64,000 nt of DNA from a virus (IMGVR_UViG_3300020450_000008); one strand, 5' to 3'. Counted from the stretch's first letter, positions 38,842 through 47,470 are shown. The notes: generated from the letters alone by a model not told the origin. Numbers and translations are program-made.

Positions 38842-39339
38842 ATGCATGAAGAACTTCCAGAAATAAGTCTCGCAGGAGCGAACAATAAAGGTTATATACT
38901 TTCAACCGTTGAAGATGTTATCAACTGGTCAAGAACAGGCAGTCTTTATTGGATGACATTCGGTCTAGCATGTTGTGCTGTTGAAATGATGCATGCTTCG
39001 ACTCCGAGATATGATCTTGAAAGATTTGGATCTATTCCAAGAGGTAGTCCTAGACAATCAGATCTCATGATTGTTGCTGGAACTCTTACAAATAAAATGG
39101 CACCAGCTTTAAGAAAAGTTTACGATCAAATGCCTGAGCCAAGATATGTAATATCAATGGGAAGTTGTGCAAATGGTGGTGGGTATTACCATTATTCTTA
39201 TTCTGTAGTAAGAGGCTGTGATAGAATAATTCCAGTGGATATATATGTTCCAGGTTGCCCACCAAGTGCAGAAGCTTTATTATATGGAATATTACAGCTA
39301 CAAAAAAAGATTAGAAGAACTGGAACCATAAAGCGATGA
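38842..39339 (+). CDS. nuoB: NADH-quinone oxidoreductase subunit B (complex I PSST/Nqo6)
   Basis: [87 protein letters not shown]. Confidence 0.97.
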   Translation: MHEELPEISLAGANNKGYILSTVEDVINWSRTGSLYWMTFGLACCAVEMMHASTPRYDLERFGSIPRGSPRQSDLMIVAGTLTNKMAPALRKVYDQMPEPRYVISMGSCANGGGYYHYSYSVVRGCDRIIPVDIYVPGCPPSAEALLYGILQLQKKIRRTGTIKR

Positions 39340-40571
39340 TAAATTATTTAGCATTTATAGCTGCTATCGCTATAGCAACAGTTGCAGCATATTATTCAAT
39401 TATTGGATTGATGACAATTTTTGCAGCTGCTGCAATACCTATTGCTGTGATGGGTGGTGTACTTGAAGCTGGAAAGCTTATAACTGCCTCATGGTTATAT
39501 AATAACCGAAAAATAATTCCTTTCTTTTTAAAATCATATCTTATAACTGCCGTTGTAGTTCTTATGTTTATTACAAGCATGGGAATCTTTGGATTCTTAT
39601 CAAAAGCACATATTGAACAAACAGCAGAATCAGAAGAGAATGTCGCTAAGATGGAACAGATCGATAAAAAGATTGTTCGTCTTACAGATACAATTATGGC
39701 ATCTGAACAAGCAATAATTAAGATTGAAACCAAAGATGAAAATAAGAATGAACAAATAAACTTTCAGATTCAAACTGAAGAAGAAAGAATCGTAAAAGTT
39801 AGAGATCAGTATCAAAAATTAGTTGATGAACAAGATAAGATAATTAATAGTGCATCTGACAATTTAGATTTACTGGAGCAATTTGTAAAGGATAAAGACA
39901 CTCGATCTTTGCAAGCCTTAGTAGGAACTAAAGTTGATGGTGTATATGGTCCAGGAACTGCGGCAAGAGTAAATGAATATAGAGAAAAAGAAGAATCTAA
40001 AGTAGATCAAATTATTGCTGATGCAAGAAAAAGGATAACTAATCTTAGAGAAAGAGAACTTACTGAAATCTCTAAGAGTAATGAACTTATTGATAGACTA
40101 CGAAATAATATTAATACAGATGAACTGGATGAAGTTGCTACTAACAGGATCAAAAATTTACAAAACACTATAATCGAATCAGAAGAATCAATAACTAATC
40201 TTAATGTTGAAAAGTTTAAGTTAGAAGCAGAAGAAAGAAAATTAGAGGCTGAAGTCGGTCCAATTAAATACATTGCTGAACTAGTATATAGTGGAGAAGC
40301 AGATAGAGATGTATTAGAAGATGCTGTACGATGGGTAATACTAATTATCATATTTGTATTTGATCCATTGGCCGTTTTATTATTGATTGCTGCCAATATT
40401 GGTTGGGAAAAAGAAAGAGAAGAAAAAATTAAAAAGATTGGAAGATCCGAAAACAGAGTTGCTAAAGACGGAAAACTAGTTGATGCAGTAAAAATAGATG
40501 AAGAAGAAAAAGTACCCCCACAGAAAAAGTTAACTGTAAAAGCTGGTACAGAATGGTTTACTGATAAATAG
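39336..40571 (+). CDS. Conserved membrane-anchored coiled-coil protein
   Basis: Three N-terminal TM helices, long coiled coil with an internal VDGVYGPGT (PG-binding-like) motif, C-terminal TM ([12 protein letters not shown]). Confidence 0.7.
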   Translation: MINYLAFIAAIAIATVAAYYSIIGLMTIFAAAAIPIAVMGGVLEAGKLITASWLYNNRKIIPFFLKSYLITAVVVLMFITSMGIFGFLSKAHIEQTAESEENVAKMEQIDKKIVRLTDTIMASEQAIIKIETKDENKNEQINFQIQTEEERIVKVRDQYQKLVDEQDKIINSASDNLDLLEQFVKDKDTRSLQALVGTKVDGVYGPGTAARVNEYREKEESKVDQIIADARKRITNLRERELTEISKSNELIDRLRNNINTDELDEVATNRIKNLQNTIIESEESITNLNVEKFKLEAEERKLEAEVGPIKYIAELVYSGEADRDVLEDAVRWVILIIIFVFDPLAVLLLIAANIGWEKEREEKIKKIGRSENRVAKDGKLVDAVKIDEEEKVPPQKKLTVKAGTEWFTDK

Positions 40572-40594
40572 AACTAGGTAAAACGGAGTAACTC

Positions 40595-41398
40595 ATGATA
40601 TCAGAAATGTCATTCCAAGAAAGAGCAACATTGTTTGCAACACTATCATCTATAGCATATATGGATAAAAAAGGTGCTAAAAAGGCAGCAAAGAAAATAG
40701 GATTTACCACTGTTGAGTTTTACAATAGAGATGGAGCTCAAGCATATCGATTTATGAATTCAGAAGACTTGGTGATTGCATGTAGAGGAACACAACCTAC
40801 TGAATGGAATGATATAAAAGCTGATCTAAGAGCCATACCAGTTTATGCCGAAACTATAGGTTTGGTTCATAAAGGTTTTAAAAAAGAAGTTGACGATCTG
40901 TGGCCTATGGTGTTAGAAGATCTTGAGAGAAAAGTAAATCAAGACAAAAAAGTATGGTTTACAGGACATAGTTTAGGAGCCGCAATGACAACTATTATGG
41001 CTAGTCGTTGTCAAGATGTTCATCATAATGTTTGTGAAGTGTATACCTATGGATCGCCAAGAGTTGGCTGGGGAAGATATGTTAGAAGTTTAAAGGTTAC
41101 ACATCATAGGTTTGTAAATAACAATGATATAGTAACTCGAGTTCCTTTATGGATTATGGGTTATAGACATCATGGAAGAAGACATTACTTTAATAGAAAA
41201 GGACAACTTAGCTTCTCTGATATAAGAGATAGAATTTTAGGAATGTGGGACGGTTGGAAAAGAGGAAGAATTGATTCTATAGCAGATCATGACATAGGTC
41301 AATATATTGTCCATTGCGAAGATATACCAGCTCATAAAGAAATAAGACACAAAATGGGTGTATGGTCTAAGTTTAAAAAGCGGTCTACAAGAAAGTAA
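40595..41398 (+). CDS. Lipase class 3 (alpha/beta hydrolase)
   Basis: VIACRGT, VHKGF, FTGHSLGAA nucleophile elbow, YTYGSPRVG, RFVNNNDIVTRVP, DH. Confidence 0.92.
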   Translation: MISEMSFQERATLFATLSSIAYMDKKGAKKAAKKIGFTTVEFYNRDGAQAYRFMNSEDLVIACRGTQPTEWNDIKADLRAIPVYAETIGLVHKGFKKEVDDLWPMVLEDLERKVNQDKKVWFTGHSLGAAMTTIMASRCQDVHHNVCEVYTYGSPRVGWGRYVRSLKVTHHRFVNNNDIVTRVPLWIMGYRHHGRRHYFNRKGQLSFSDIRDRILGMWDGWKRGRIDSIADHDIGQYIVHCEDIPAHKEIRHKMGVWSKFKKRSTRK

Positions 41399-41580
41399 TG
41401 AAAGAATTGGTTTTTATATTAATGGTTATGAATGGCGATCAACTTGAAGGTGAGATAGTTTATCCAAACATGGATAAATGTAAATGGTATGCTGAAAAAA
41501 TTAATAAACAACAAACAAGTTTAATTCTTAATTATTCAGCATGGTGCAAACCAGTAGTAAGAGATAAGGTGGAAGAATAA
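41398..41580 (+). CDS. Hypothetical protein
   Basis: TAATG coupling; two Cys. Confidence 0.6.
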   Translation: MKELVFILMVMNGDQLEGEIVYPNMDKCKWYAEKINKQQTSLILNYSAWCKPVVRDKVEE

Positions 41581-41681
41581 TGCCTTGGCCACAAAAGAAT
41601 AAACCGAGAACCGGAAGAAGAAAGATTGGATCGACAAAAAGAGCTAATAGAAGAAAAAATAGAAAACAAGGAAAAAAGTAG
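41580..41681 (+). CDS. Very basic small peptide (33 aa)
   Basis: TAATG coupling; MPWPQKNKPRTGRRKIGSTKRANRRKNRKQGKK. Confidence 0.5.
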   Translation: MPWPQKNKPRTGRRKIGSTKRANRRKNRKQGKK

Positions 41682-41710
41682 TTTACAACCTGTGAAAAAT
41701 ATGGTATAAT
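41682..41710 (+). promoter_or_regulatory. sigma70/T4 early-type promoter
   Basis: TTTACA-17 nt-TATAAT. Confidence 0.7.
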
Positions 41711-41715
41711 AAATT

Positions 41716-42294
41716 ATGAATTACCGAGGAGAAGGAAGTATGTTAAGAAAATTTGACAACACGTGGTTCGCATGGAAATGGAGAATCGTAGGAGCTTTTG
41801 TTGGAATAATAATGGCGGCTCCTTTATATATTATGATGGCCAATGCTGCAACTGAATTGGCTCATGTATGGCATGTAGAACAGCAAAAAGTACTAGTAAA
41901 TCAGTATGTGAATGAAAGAAAATGTGAAATAAAAAAGATTCCAGTATATGGTGAACATTATCATCAACATGGACAAGGATCATCCGCAGGTGATCTATTA
42001 GGGGCTATGGTATTAGGTGGTATATTTGGTCATGCATTTTCTGGTAATAATGATGGTGCAGCTGCTGGAGCTGTATTAGGAGCATTGATACAAAATGATA
42101 AAGCGAATAATCAGCAGTCTGGAAGATTTATTGCAGGTTATGAAGATAGAGAAGTATGTAATTATGTTAACGTTCCAAGAAAAGTTGAAAAAAATAAATA
42201 TATTATTCATTGGAAACAGTATAATAAAAGAGGTCATTTCTATAGCGATAAAAAATACAGAGTTGGCGAAACAATTTATGTTAATGTTAATTAG
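41716..42294 (+). CDS. Glycine-zipper 2TM domain protein
   Basis: GAMVLGGIFGHAFSGNNDGAAAGAVLGALI; the start may be 41740 (SD GGAAGGA). Confidence 0.7.
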   Translation: MNYRGEGSMLRKFDNTWFAWKWRIVGAFVGIIMAAPLYIMMANAATELAHVWHVEQQKVLVNQYVNERKCEIKKIPVYGEHYHQHGQGSSAGDLLGAMVLGGIFGHAFSGNNDGAAAGAVLGALIQNDKANNQQSGRFIAGYEDREVCNYVNVPRKVEKNKYIIHWKQYNKRGHFYSDKKYRVGETIYVNVN

Positions 42295-42302
42295 GAGGGA
42301 TC

Positions 42303-42563
42303 ATGCAAATAGGAAACGTAACTAATCAATATATTAACACTTATAATAATACAGCACAAGTTCAGGTAGCCAATCAGCAGCAAGAAACAAGAGCGGCAGA
42401 AAAGCTATCAGAACAACAGTTGATGGAATACAATCAACAGATGTATAGAGAGCAACAAAGATGGCTCGCTTATATAATGATGATGCAGTTCTTTGCAAGA
42501 GAGAATATGTGGTCATTATTGAATCAAATGAGAATACAAAGGACACTTGATTTAACTGCTTAA
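42303..42563 (+). CDS. Gln-rich hypothetical protein
   Basis: SD AGGAGG. Confidence 0.65.
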   Translation: MQIGNVTNQYINTYNNTAQVQVANQQQETRAAEKLSEQQLMEYNQQMYREQQRWLAYIMMMQFFARENMWSLLNQMRIQRTLDLTA

Positions 42564-42580
42564 TTTGGAGGTTTTATATT

Positions 42581-42697
42581 ATGAAAAGCATTAAAGAAAT
42601 GTGGGATAGATCCTACGGCGAAGGAACTAAGTTCGATTTAGATTATGGTAAGTTAGTAATTATAGGACTACTAATTTATGTTGCATTTTTTAAATAG
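42581..42697 (+). CDS. Small membrane protein (38 aa)
   Basis: SD GGAGG; MKSIKEMWDRSYGEGTKFDLDYGKLVIIGLLIYVAFFK. Confidence 0.6.
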   Translation: MKSIKEMWDRSYGEGTKFDLDYGKLVIIGLLIYVAFFK

Positions 42698-42701
42698 GAA
42701 T

Positions 42702-42728
42702 GAAGGAGATACTGGCCAGGTCTCCTTC
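42702..42728. other. Intergenic inverted repeat / hairpin
   Basis: GAAGGAGA-TACTGGCCAGG-TCTCCTTC. Confidence 0.6.
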
Positions 42729-42745
42729 GGCAAATAGGAGAGATT

Positions 42746-42916
42746 ATGAGCTACACAGAGTACGGATATAGAGGAGTAGAAGAATTGAAAAAATTACATG
42801 ATGAAATAAGTTTATTGAAAAAACAAATTGCCGAAGAAACGAAAGAAAAGTACGGATTGATGAAGAGAATAACCGAACTTTTAGAAGAAATAGAAATACT
42901 AAAAGAAAGTAAATAA
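42746..42916 (+). CDS. Small coiled-coil protein (56 aa)
   Basis: SD AGGAG; MSYTEYGYRGVEELKKLHDEISLLKKQIAEE... Confidence 0.6.
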   Translation: MSYTEYGYRGVEELKKLHDEISLLKKQIAEETKEKYGLMKRITELLEEIEILKESK

Positions 42917-42942
42917 CAACAAATATAAGAAAGTATGGAAAA

Positions 42943-43392
42943 ATGGGTATGGGCATGCACGGAAATAATCATCCTCAGGGAAAGAGGACAGTCATTCTTA
43001 TGGTCGTCTTATGTCTATTTCTACACTTTCTTCTTATTCCTATTTGGATGGGATTAGTATTTGCTAATGCGCATGAATCAAATTCTTTTTTAAAAGGACC
43101 TATGTACACTAAAGTTGTTACCTGTGATACATTTGACAATATAACACAAAAAATGGTACTAGTTAATCAGTTTCCTTTCCTTTGGGCTGATGGGAATAGT
43201 TTAAGACCAGATGGAAACCCGTTAGACTCTACATTCATAATAGCATATGATAATAAAGAAAAAAAATGGACTATATTGGAAACATTTACAGGACCAACTG
43301 GAGCACTTATAGCATGTATATTAGGTGAAGGCAATAAAAAAATTAATATTAATCCTGAAATATTATTACCAATACCAGGAACAGACTTATGA
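42943..43392 (+). CDS. Hypothetical exported/membrane protein
   Basis: Hydrophobic segment followed by AHE; two Cys. Confidence 0.6.
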   Translation: MGMGMHGNNHPQGKRTVILMVVLCLFLHFLLIPIWMGLVFANAHESNSFLKGPMYTKVVTCDTFDNITQKMVLVNQFPFLWADGNSLRPDGNPLDSTFIIAYDNKEKKWTILETFTGPTGALIACILGEGNKKININPEILLPIPGTDL

Positions 43393-43616
43393 TAGATTAT
43401 CCAGATGGATTTTCAAATGAATGGCGCGAATATACAATGAAAGATAAAGATTTTCCAGAAACTATTATATATACAGATAAGGAGCGAATAGCTTGTACGG
43501 GCGAAGCTAATGATCACCCTCGAGTATATTATACTGTTCCGGAAGTAGGTTTTGTAGTATGCGGGTATTGTGACATTAAATTTGCAAGGAAAAAGCCTGA
43601 TGAACTCAGTGGATAG
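43389..43616 (+). CDS. zf-CHCC zinc-finger protein (NDUFS6/NUMM-like)
   Basis: IACTGEANDHPRVYY...VVCGYCDIKF: C...H...CxxC pattern with HPRVY. Confidence 0.85.
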   Translation: MIDYPDGFSNEWREYTMKDKDFPETIIYTDKERIACTGEANDHPRVYYTVPEVGFVVCGYCDIKFARKKPDELSG

Positions 43617-43779
43617 ACACACTCACTCAGCTCTGTTAAGAGAGATAAGGAGTTCAAATGTCCCAGAAGAAGTTAAAAAATGGATGTACTACAGATTAAA
43701 AGAATTAGAAACCGGAAAACACGTTTCTCCAGACTTTCCAAAATATACAAACGGCGAATATAAAAATGGTAAAGATTAA
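43600..43779 (+). CDS. Hypothetical protein
   Basis: ORF track 43570..43779; ATG 43600. Confidence 0.5.
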   Translation: MNSVDRHTHSALLREIRSSNVPEEVKKWMYYRLKELETGKHVSPDFPKYTNGEYKNGKD

Positions 43780-43969
43780 AGCAGTCGAAGCTCCTCTTAT
43801 TATGGAAGATGGACCTATAATGCAAAATATTAGAAAAGGCCCTATCAAAGTTGCAAAATTCTTACAGGGGCCAAGTTGGAGGAAGGCTCAAGAAAGAAAC
43901 AAATTGATAAAGCTTAATTGGAAAGAAACAAAAGGTATTCCTGGTAACAAGGCAATTAAAAGAATATGA
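43766..43969 (+). CDS. Hypothetical protein
   Basis: ORF in operon. Confidence 0.55.
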   Translation: MVKIKAVEAPLIMEDGPIMQNIRKGPIKVAKFLQGPSWRKAQERNKLIKLNWKETKGIPGNKAIKRI

Positions 43970-44172
43970 CTGGATTTGAAATATTTACAATTATATGTTT
44001 TATCGCTACTATAGTGATTGTGCCTGTTTATATGTGGTTACTATACAATATTAAAAACTCTTGGACATCTAATTCACATGATACTCAAGGTGGTAGTATG
44101 ACAATACTTGAAGGAGATGATCAGCCAAAAGTAACTTGGATGGATCCCTTAATTAAAAAAATCAAGAAGTAA
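43966..44172 (+). CDS. Hypothetical membrane protein
   Basis: N-terminal TM helix. Confidence 0.6.
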   Translation: MTGFEIFTIICFIATIVIVPVYMWLLYNIKNSWTSNSHDTQGGSMTILEGDDQPKVTWMDPLIKKIKK

Positions 44173-44900
44173 TGACAACCTTTATATCCGCTCCGTTCGG
44201 AAACTATCTTAAATTTAAGAATGCTGTAAGTGTGACTGGTACTTGGACATATAAACCGAGACCAGGACTATTCAAACAAGTTGTAAAGACATTAAGATAT
44301 ACTAGAAATGGTTGGCGTAATAAAATAGGTTTAAGAAATCGTGGAATAGAGTATGGCATACAAAAAACTAACTTTAATGAAGTTTTAAGTATTGCTGCGA
44401 TAAGTGAACACGATTGGATAAATTTAGAATCAATAGTTCCACAAAGCCAAAGTGTTGAGTTAAATATTAGTTGTCCTAATCTTGATACTCATCAAGATAC
44501 TACAATGTTCAATGGATTTGATTTATGGCCAACTAAACATAGGAAATGGTGTATTGTTAAAGTTCCACCAACCGCATCATTTGCACTACTAGATAGTATA
44601 GTGAGACAAGGATTTACACAGATTCATGCCAGTAATACATTACCGACTGAAAAAGGTGGTTTAAGTGGAGCCATATTGCTACCACATACTCGAAGAATAA
44701 TTAAACACCTGAAAACTGAATATGGCCATGTAGAAGTTATTGCTGGTGGTGGAATCAAAGAAGCATGGCATGCTGAATTTTATAAAGATTTAGGTGCAGA
44801 TCATTTTAGTATCGGCACCGCTTGTTTTAATCCCTTTAAAGTATGGAGAACAGTGAATGAGATTAATGGAGACCCTTCGTTCGGAGTACATCAAACCTAG
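44172..44900 (+). CDS. Dihydroorotate dehydrogenase-like flavoprotein (short form)
   Basis: ISAPFG, RNKIGLRNRG, ELNISCPN (catalytic Cys), VKVPP, ASNTL..GGLSG, IAGGGI, GADHFSIGT. Confidence 0.8.
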   Translation: MTTFISAPFGNYLKFKNAVSVTGTWTYKPRPGLFKQVVKTLRYTRNGWRNKIGLRNRGIEYGIQKTNFNEVLSIAAISEHDWINLESIVPQSQSVELNISCPNLDTHQDTTMFNGFDLWPTKHRKWCIVKVPPTASFALLDSIVRQGFTQIHASNTLPTEKGGLSGAILLPHTRRIIKHLKTEYGHVEVIAGGGIKEAWHAEFYKDLGADHFSIGTACFNPFKVWRTVNEINGDPSFGVHQT

Positions 44901-45030
44901 AAACTGGTTTGCAGATATAAATAAAAATGATAAGAAAGATCCAGAACCCGCTCGTTATTATGAATGGATGTTGTGGAAATTAAGACAAGAAAGAAAAAAA
45001 GATGTATGTTCTTCCACAAGAAACGACTAA
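44866..45030 (+). CDS. Hypothetical protein
   Basis: METLRSEYIKPRNWF...YYEWMLWKLRQE; fills the gap. Confidence 0.45.
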   Translation: METLRSEYIKPRNWFADINKNDKKDPEPARYYEWMLWKLRQERKKDVCSSTRND

Positions 45031-45235
45031 GATGAGACCACTTCAAGAGTGGACTGGTATTGTAGGTAAATGTGTTAATGGACATGTTCTTACACCAAGT
45101 CATCAGATCAGTTGCTTAGGTTGGGCCTTTTGTCCAGATTGTGCAGATATGGCAAAAGATGGATACTACGATATATATTTTGTACCAGACAAGGATTGGA
45201 ACCCAAGAGTAAAAGATTGGAATCCAGAAGAATAA
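45002..45235 (+). CDS. Hypothetical protein, Cys/His metal-binding pattern
   Basis: CVNGH...CLGWAFCPDC. Confidence 0.55.
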   Translation: MYVLPQETTKMRPLQEWTGIVGKCVNGHVLTPSHQISCLGWAFCPDCADMAKDGYYDIYFVPDKDWNPRVKDWNPEE

Positions 45236-45248
45236 TAGGAGAATAACG

Positions 45249-45512
45249 ATGGCGAATCAGATATTTGATTTCGGCTTTACTGCTGTAGATGAAGATGAGC
45301 TGGAAGCAGTTCAAACCGTAACTATTAAACAAAAAGATACAGAAAAGACAGCAAAAGAACTTCAGTCGAAGATTGATGATTTATATAATGCTATTACACC
45401 TCTTTTAAACAATCTAAAGAAGAATCCAGAGAAAGAATACATTCTATGGCCAGATCGTTTAAACAAAGTAGAACAGTTTGAGGATTATCTTACAGCGATA
45501 TATCAAAAATAA
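45249..45512 (+). CDS. Conserved T4-like hypothetical protein
   Basis: FDFGFTAVDEDEL...NLKKNPEKEYILWPDR; SD AGGAG. Confidence 0.7.
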   Translation: MANQIFDFGFTAVDEDELEAVQTVTIKQKDTEKTAKELQSKIDDLYNAITPLLNNLKKNPEKEYILWPDRLNKVEQFEDYLTAIYQK

Positions 45513-45513
45513 C

Positions 45514-45531
45514 TGTTACATTTTTGTAACA
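45514..45531. promoter_or_regulatory. Palindromic operator-like site TGTTAC-N6-GTAACA
   Basis: Perfect copy here; variants at 1357-1374, 10677-10694, 35986-36003 and 52564-52581, each upstream of a TTTACA promoter. Confidence 0.65.
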
Positions 45532-45587
45532 CATTTCCCTATTTTTAAATAAAAGTGAATTATTTTCAATAAAAGTGAAAATAAACG

Positions 45588-45616
45588 TTTACATTTGCGT
45601 TCTTTTATGTTAGATT
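45588..45616 (+). promoter_or_regulatory. Strong early-type promoter (operator-associated class)
   Basis: CGTTTACA-17 nt-TAGATT, then AGTATCATAAGG. Confidence 0.75.
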
Positions 45617-45650
45617 AGTATCATAAGGAATAATTAATAAGGAAGAATAA

Positions 45651-45917
45651 ATGTATAACTTTTCAACAGGAAATGAATTCTCAGGTAAGAACGTGGGAAT
45701 ACTTTTAGAAGCTGGTTATGAACCAGGTCATGGTTTTGTAACTTTTAAACAAGCTGTTAAACTTCCAGGTCTATCTGGAAAGAAGTTAAAAGGCATCAAA
45801 AAAGCCGCTTCATTAGTTCGATTTGTAAAGCAAGTCGATAAGGTAACAGGTAAAGAGGAGAAAAAGCCTCGATACTATTCAGTCTTTGATATAAATGAAG
45901 TTTTGGAGAGAAAATAA
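45651..45917 (+). CDS. ArdC-like N-terminal ssDNA-binding domain protein
   Basis: YNFSTGNEFSGKN..IL, GFVTFKQA, YYSVFD. Confidence 0.6.
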   Translation: MYNFSTGNEFSGKNVGILLEAGYEPGHGFVTFKQAVKLPGLSGKKLKGIKKAASLVRFVKQVDKVTGKEEKKPRYYSVFDINEVLERK

Positions 45918-45919
45918 TT

Positions 45920-46108
45920 ATGAAAGATTTAGTGAATGACATAGTAACCTTAGACAGAGTTATAAGACTCTTAGGCAGAGGTGAATTTGAAATAGCTCAT
46001 CATGAAGTTAAAGACTTACTTGAAGCTAAAAAAGCAACTCTAGGTAACGTAAAATCAGAACCTAGTGCAATCGTTAAAAGAATGAGGGAATTAAATGCTA
46101 ACACTTAA
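45920..46108 (+). CDS. Hypothetical early protein
   Basis: ORF in operon. Confidence 0.6.
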   Translation: MKDLVNDIVTLDRVIRLLGRGEFEIAHHEVKDLLEAKKATLGNVKSEPSAIVKRMRELNANT

Positions 46109-46490
46109 AGAAACAATGACATTTATGGCTGAATCGCCATATTCAGGTGACGCTCAAGGAAATCTATTTAAATCATCTTGGGCTGTCAATCCAGGCTTTG
46201 CAAAGCTTCAAGAAAAGCTTGATGAGTTGATACCTGGATCAGGTAAAGTTCCTCATAGTAAATCTAAGAACAAAGCTCTCGAAAAGTTTCGAGTTGCTTC
46301 AAATTTAGTTTACGATCTTTTTAATAACGGTCTTGGAAATAGAAGATCACAGTTCCAAGGTTTCTTTGGTTGGGCGCCTTACACACGAGGCGGAATGACT
46401 AACTCTCAGTTTGAAGAAGCTGAAAGAAAGCTTGAGCCAGTTATAAGTCGAATAATAATTGATGCAGCAAAAGAACAAGGAATAAGTTAA
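46095..46490 (+). CDS. Hypothetical early protein
   Basis: ORF in operon; YDLFNNGLGN motif. Confidence 0.7.
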   Translation: MLTLKETMTFMAESPYSGDAQGNLFKSSWAVNPGFAKLQEKLDELIPGSGKVPHSKSKNKALEKFRVASNLVYDLFNNGLGNRRSQFQGFFGWAPYTRGGMTNSQFEEAERKLEPVISRIIIDAAKEQGIS

Positions 46491-46795
46491 TGAATTTTGC
46501 AAATGATGATGAAAGAAAAGCTTACTTAAGAAAGCTTATTAAAAGAAACTCAACTCTTGGAGAAGCAAGAAGAAAAGCTAAGATCGCCCGTAAAGTTGCT
46601 CTAAAAGAAAAAAATAGAGACAATGGTCTACCTGAATACGCTAAAGATAATAATTCTGCTAATATAAATTATTATACAGACCAAAGAAAGTACGCTAATC
46701 GTTATTATGGCGAGACTATGAGAGAAACTACTAAGCTTGATGACAAGTATAAGAGCGAGTTAGCCGAAGATCTTTTTGATACAGTTGAGGAGTAA
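46490..46795 (+). CDS. Hypothetical protein
   Basis: TAATG coupling. Confidence 0.65.
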   Translation: MNFANDDERKAYLRKLIKRNSTLGEARRKAKIARKVALKEKNRDNGLPEYAKDNNSANINYYTDQRKYANRYYGETMRETTKLDDKYKSELAEDLFDTVEE

Positions 46796-46797
46796 TT

Positions 46798-47037
46798 ATG
46801 AGTAGTGATCCAAGAGAACCTGCAAGAGAGCAGGCTGAAGAAGCCTATCACGGTTTTATAAATTTTACAAAGTACTTTGCATATATAGCTTTAGCTGGCG
46901 TTGTTTTTGTTAGCAGCTGTAACTTCGGTGTAGATGGTACTGGAAGTAAGAGTGATCCAAGTTACTATGAAGACTACAAAGAGCGAATGGAAGAAATGAA
47001 AGAAGAAATAAAGAAGAGAAAGTATGGTGAAACTTAG
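46798..47037 (+). CDS. Single-TM protein resembling aa3-type cytochrome c oxidase subunit IV
   Basis: EQAEEAYHGFINFTKYFAYIALAGVVFV resembles the 'xxTYxGFxxxTKW + TM' pattern of alphaproteobacterial CtaH/CoxIV. Confidence 0.45.
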   Translation: MSSDPREPAREQAEEAYHGFINFTKYFAYIALAGVVFVSSCNFGVDGTGSKSDPSYYEDYKERMEEMKEEIKKRKYGET

Positions 47038-47470
47038 AGAACTAGACATACTTGAAGCTGATATCTTAAAAGAAGATCCAGTTCGTCCACATATTTCAAA
47101 GGCTGATAGACTTTCTGATGGAAGACAAGTTTTTGTTTTAGAGGATAACGATAAGATAACAGCTGTTATTTGTGTTGCATATACTAACGCTATTCCAAAA
47201 GATGAATTTGAGCTCGCTGCTTACAATGCATTCGATGGAAGTTGTGCAATATTTTATACGGTATGGTCATATGAAAAAGGTGCAGGTCGTGAAATCATTC
47301 AAAAAGTTTCTGATCATTTGATGCGAAGAGGTTGGATTAAAAGATATGTAACTTTAAGTCCACTTACTGAAATGGCAGAAAAGTTTCATTTAAGAAACGG
47401 CGCTGAACTAATTTATAGAGGTAAGTACTGTCAAAACTTTGAATATTTTATGGAGTCAGAAAATGCCTAA
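47024..47470 (+). CDS. Conserved hypothetical, possible GNAT fold
   Basis: DPVRPHI, AIFYTVWSYEKGAGREII, VTLSPLTEMAEKFHLRNGA. Confidence 0.55.
   Translation: MVKLRELDILEADILKEDPVRPHISKADRLSDGRQVFVLEDNDKITAVICVAYTNAIPKDEFELAAYNAFDGSCAIFYTVWSYEKGAGREIIQKVSDHLMRRGWIKRYVTLSPLTEMAEKFHLRNGAELIYRGKYCQNFEYFMESENA

Noticed and set aside
38559-38905. His/Cys-rich or Ile/Ala-rich minus-strand ORFs
   Set aside because: Reverse-complement artefacts of the (AAT GGN)n repeat.
24824-39339. Host chromosomal fragment or chimera (glyco genes, BMP, nuoB)
   Set aside because: Host-like genes are single, lack their operon partners, share the phage's AT content and are tightly packed or overlapping with phage genes under phage-type promoters. 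Read coverage should still be checked.
44916-44923. TATAAATA as a late promoter
   Set aside because: It lies within a small ORF among non-structural genes in AT-rich sequence; could be chance, so not listed as a feature.
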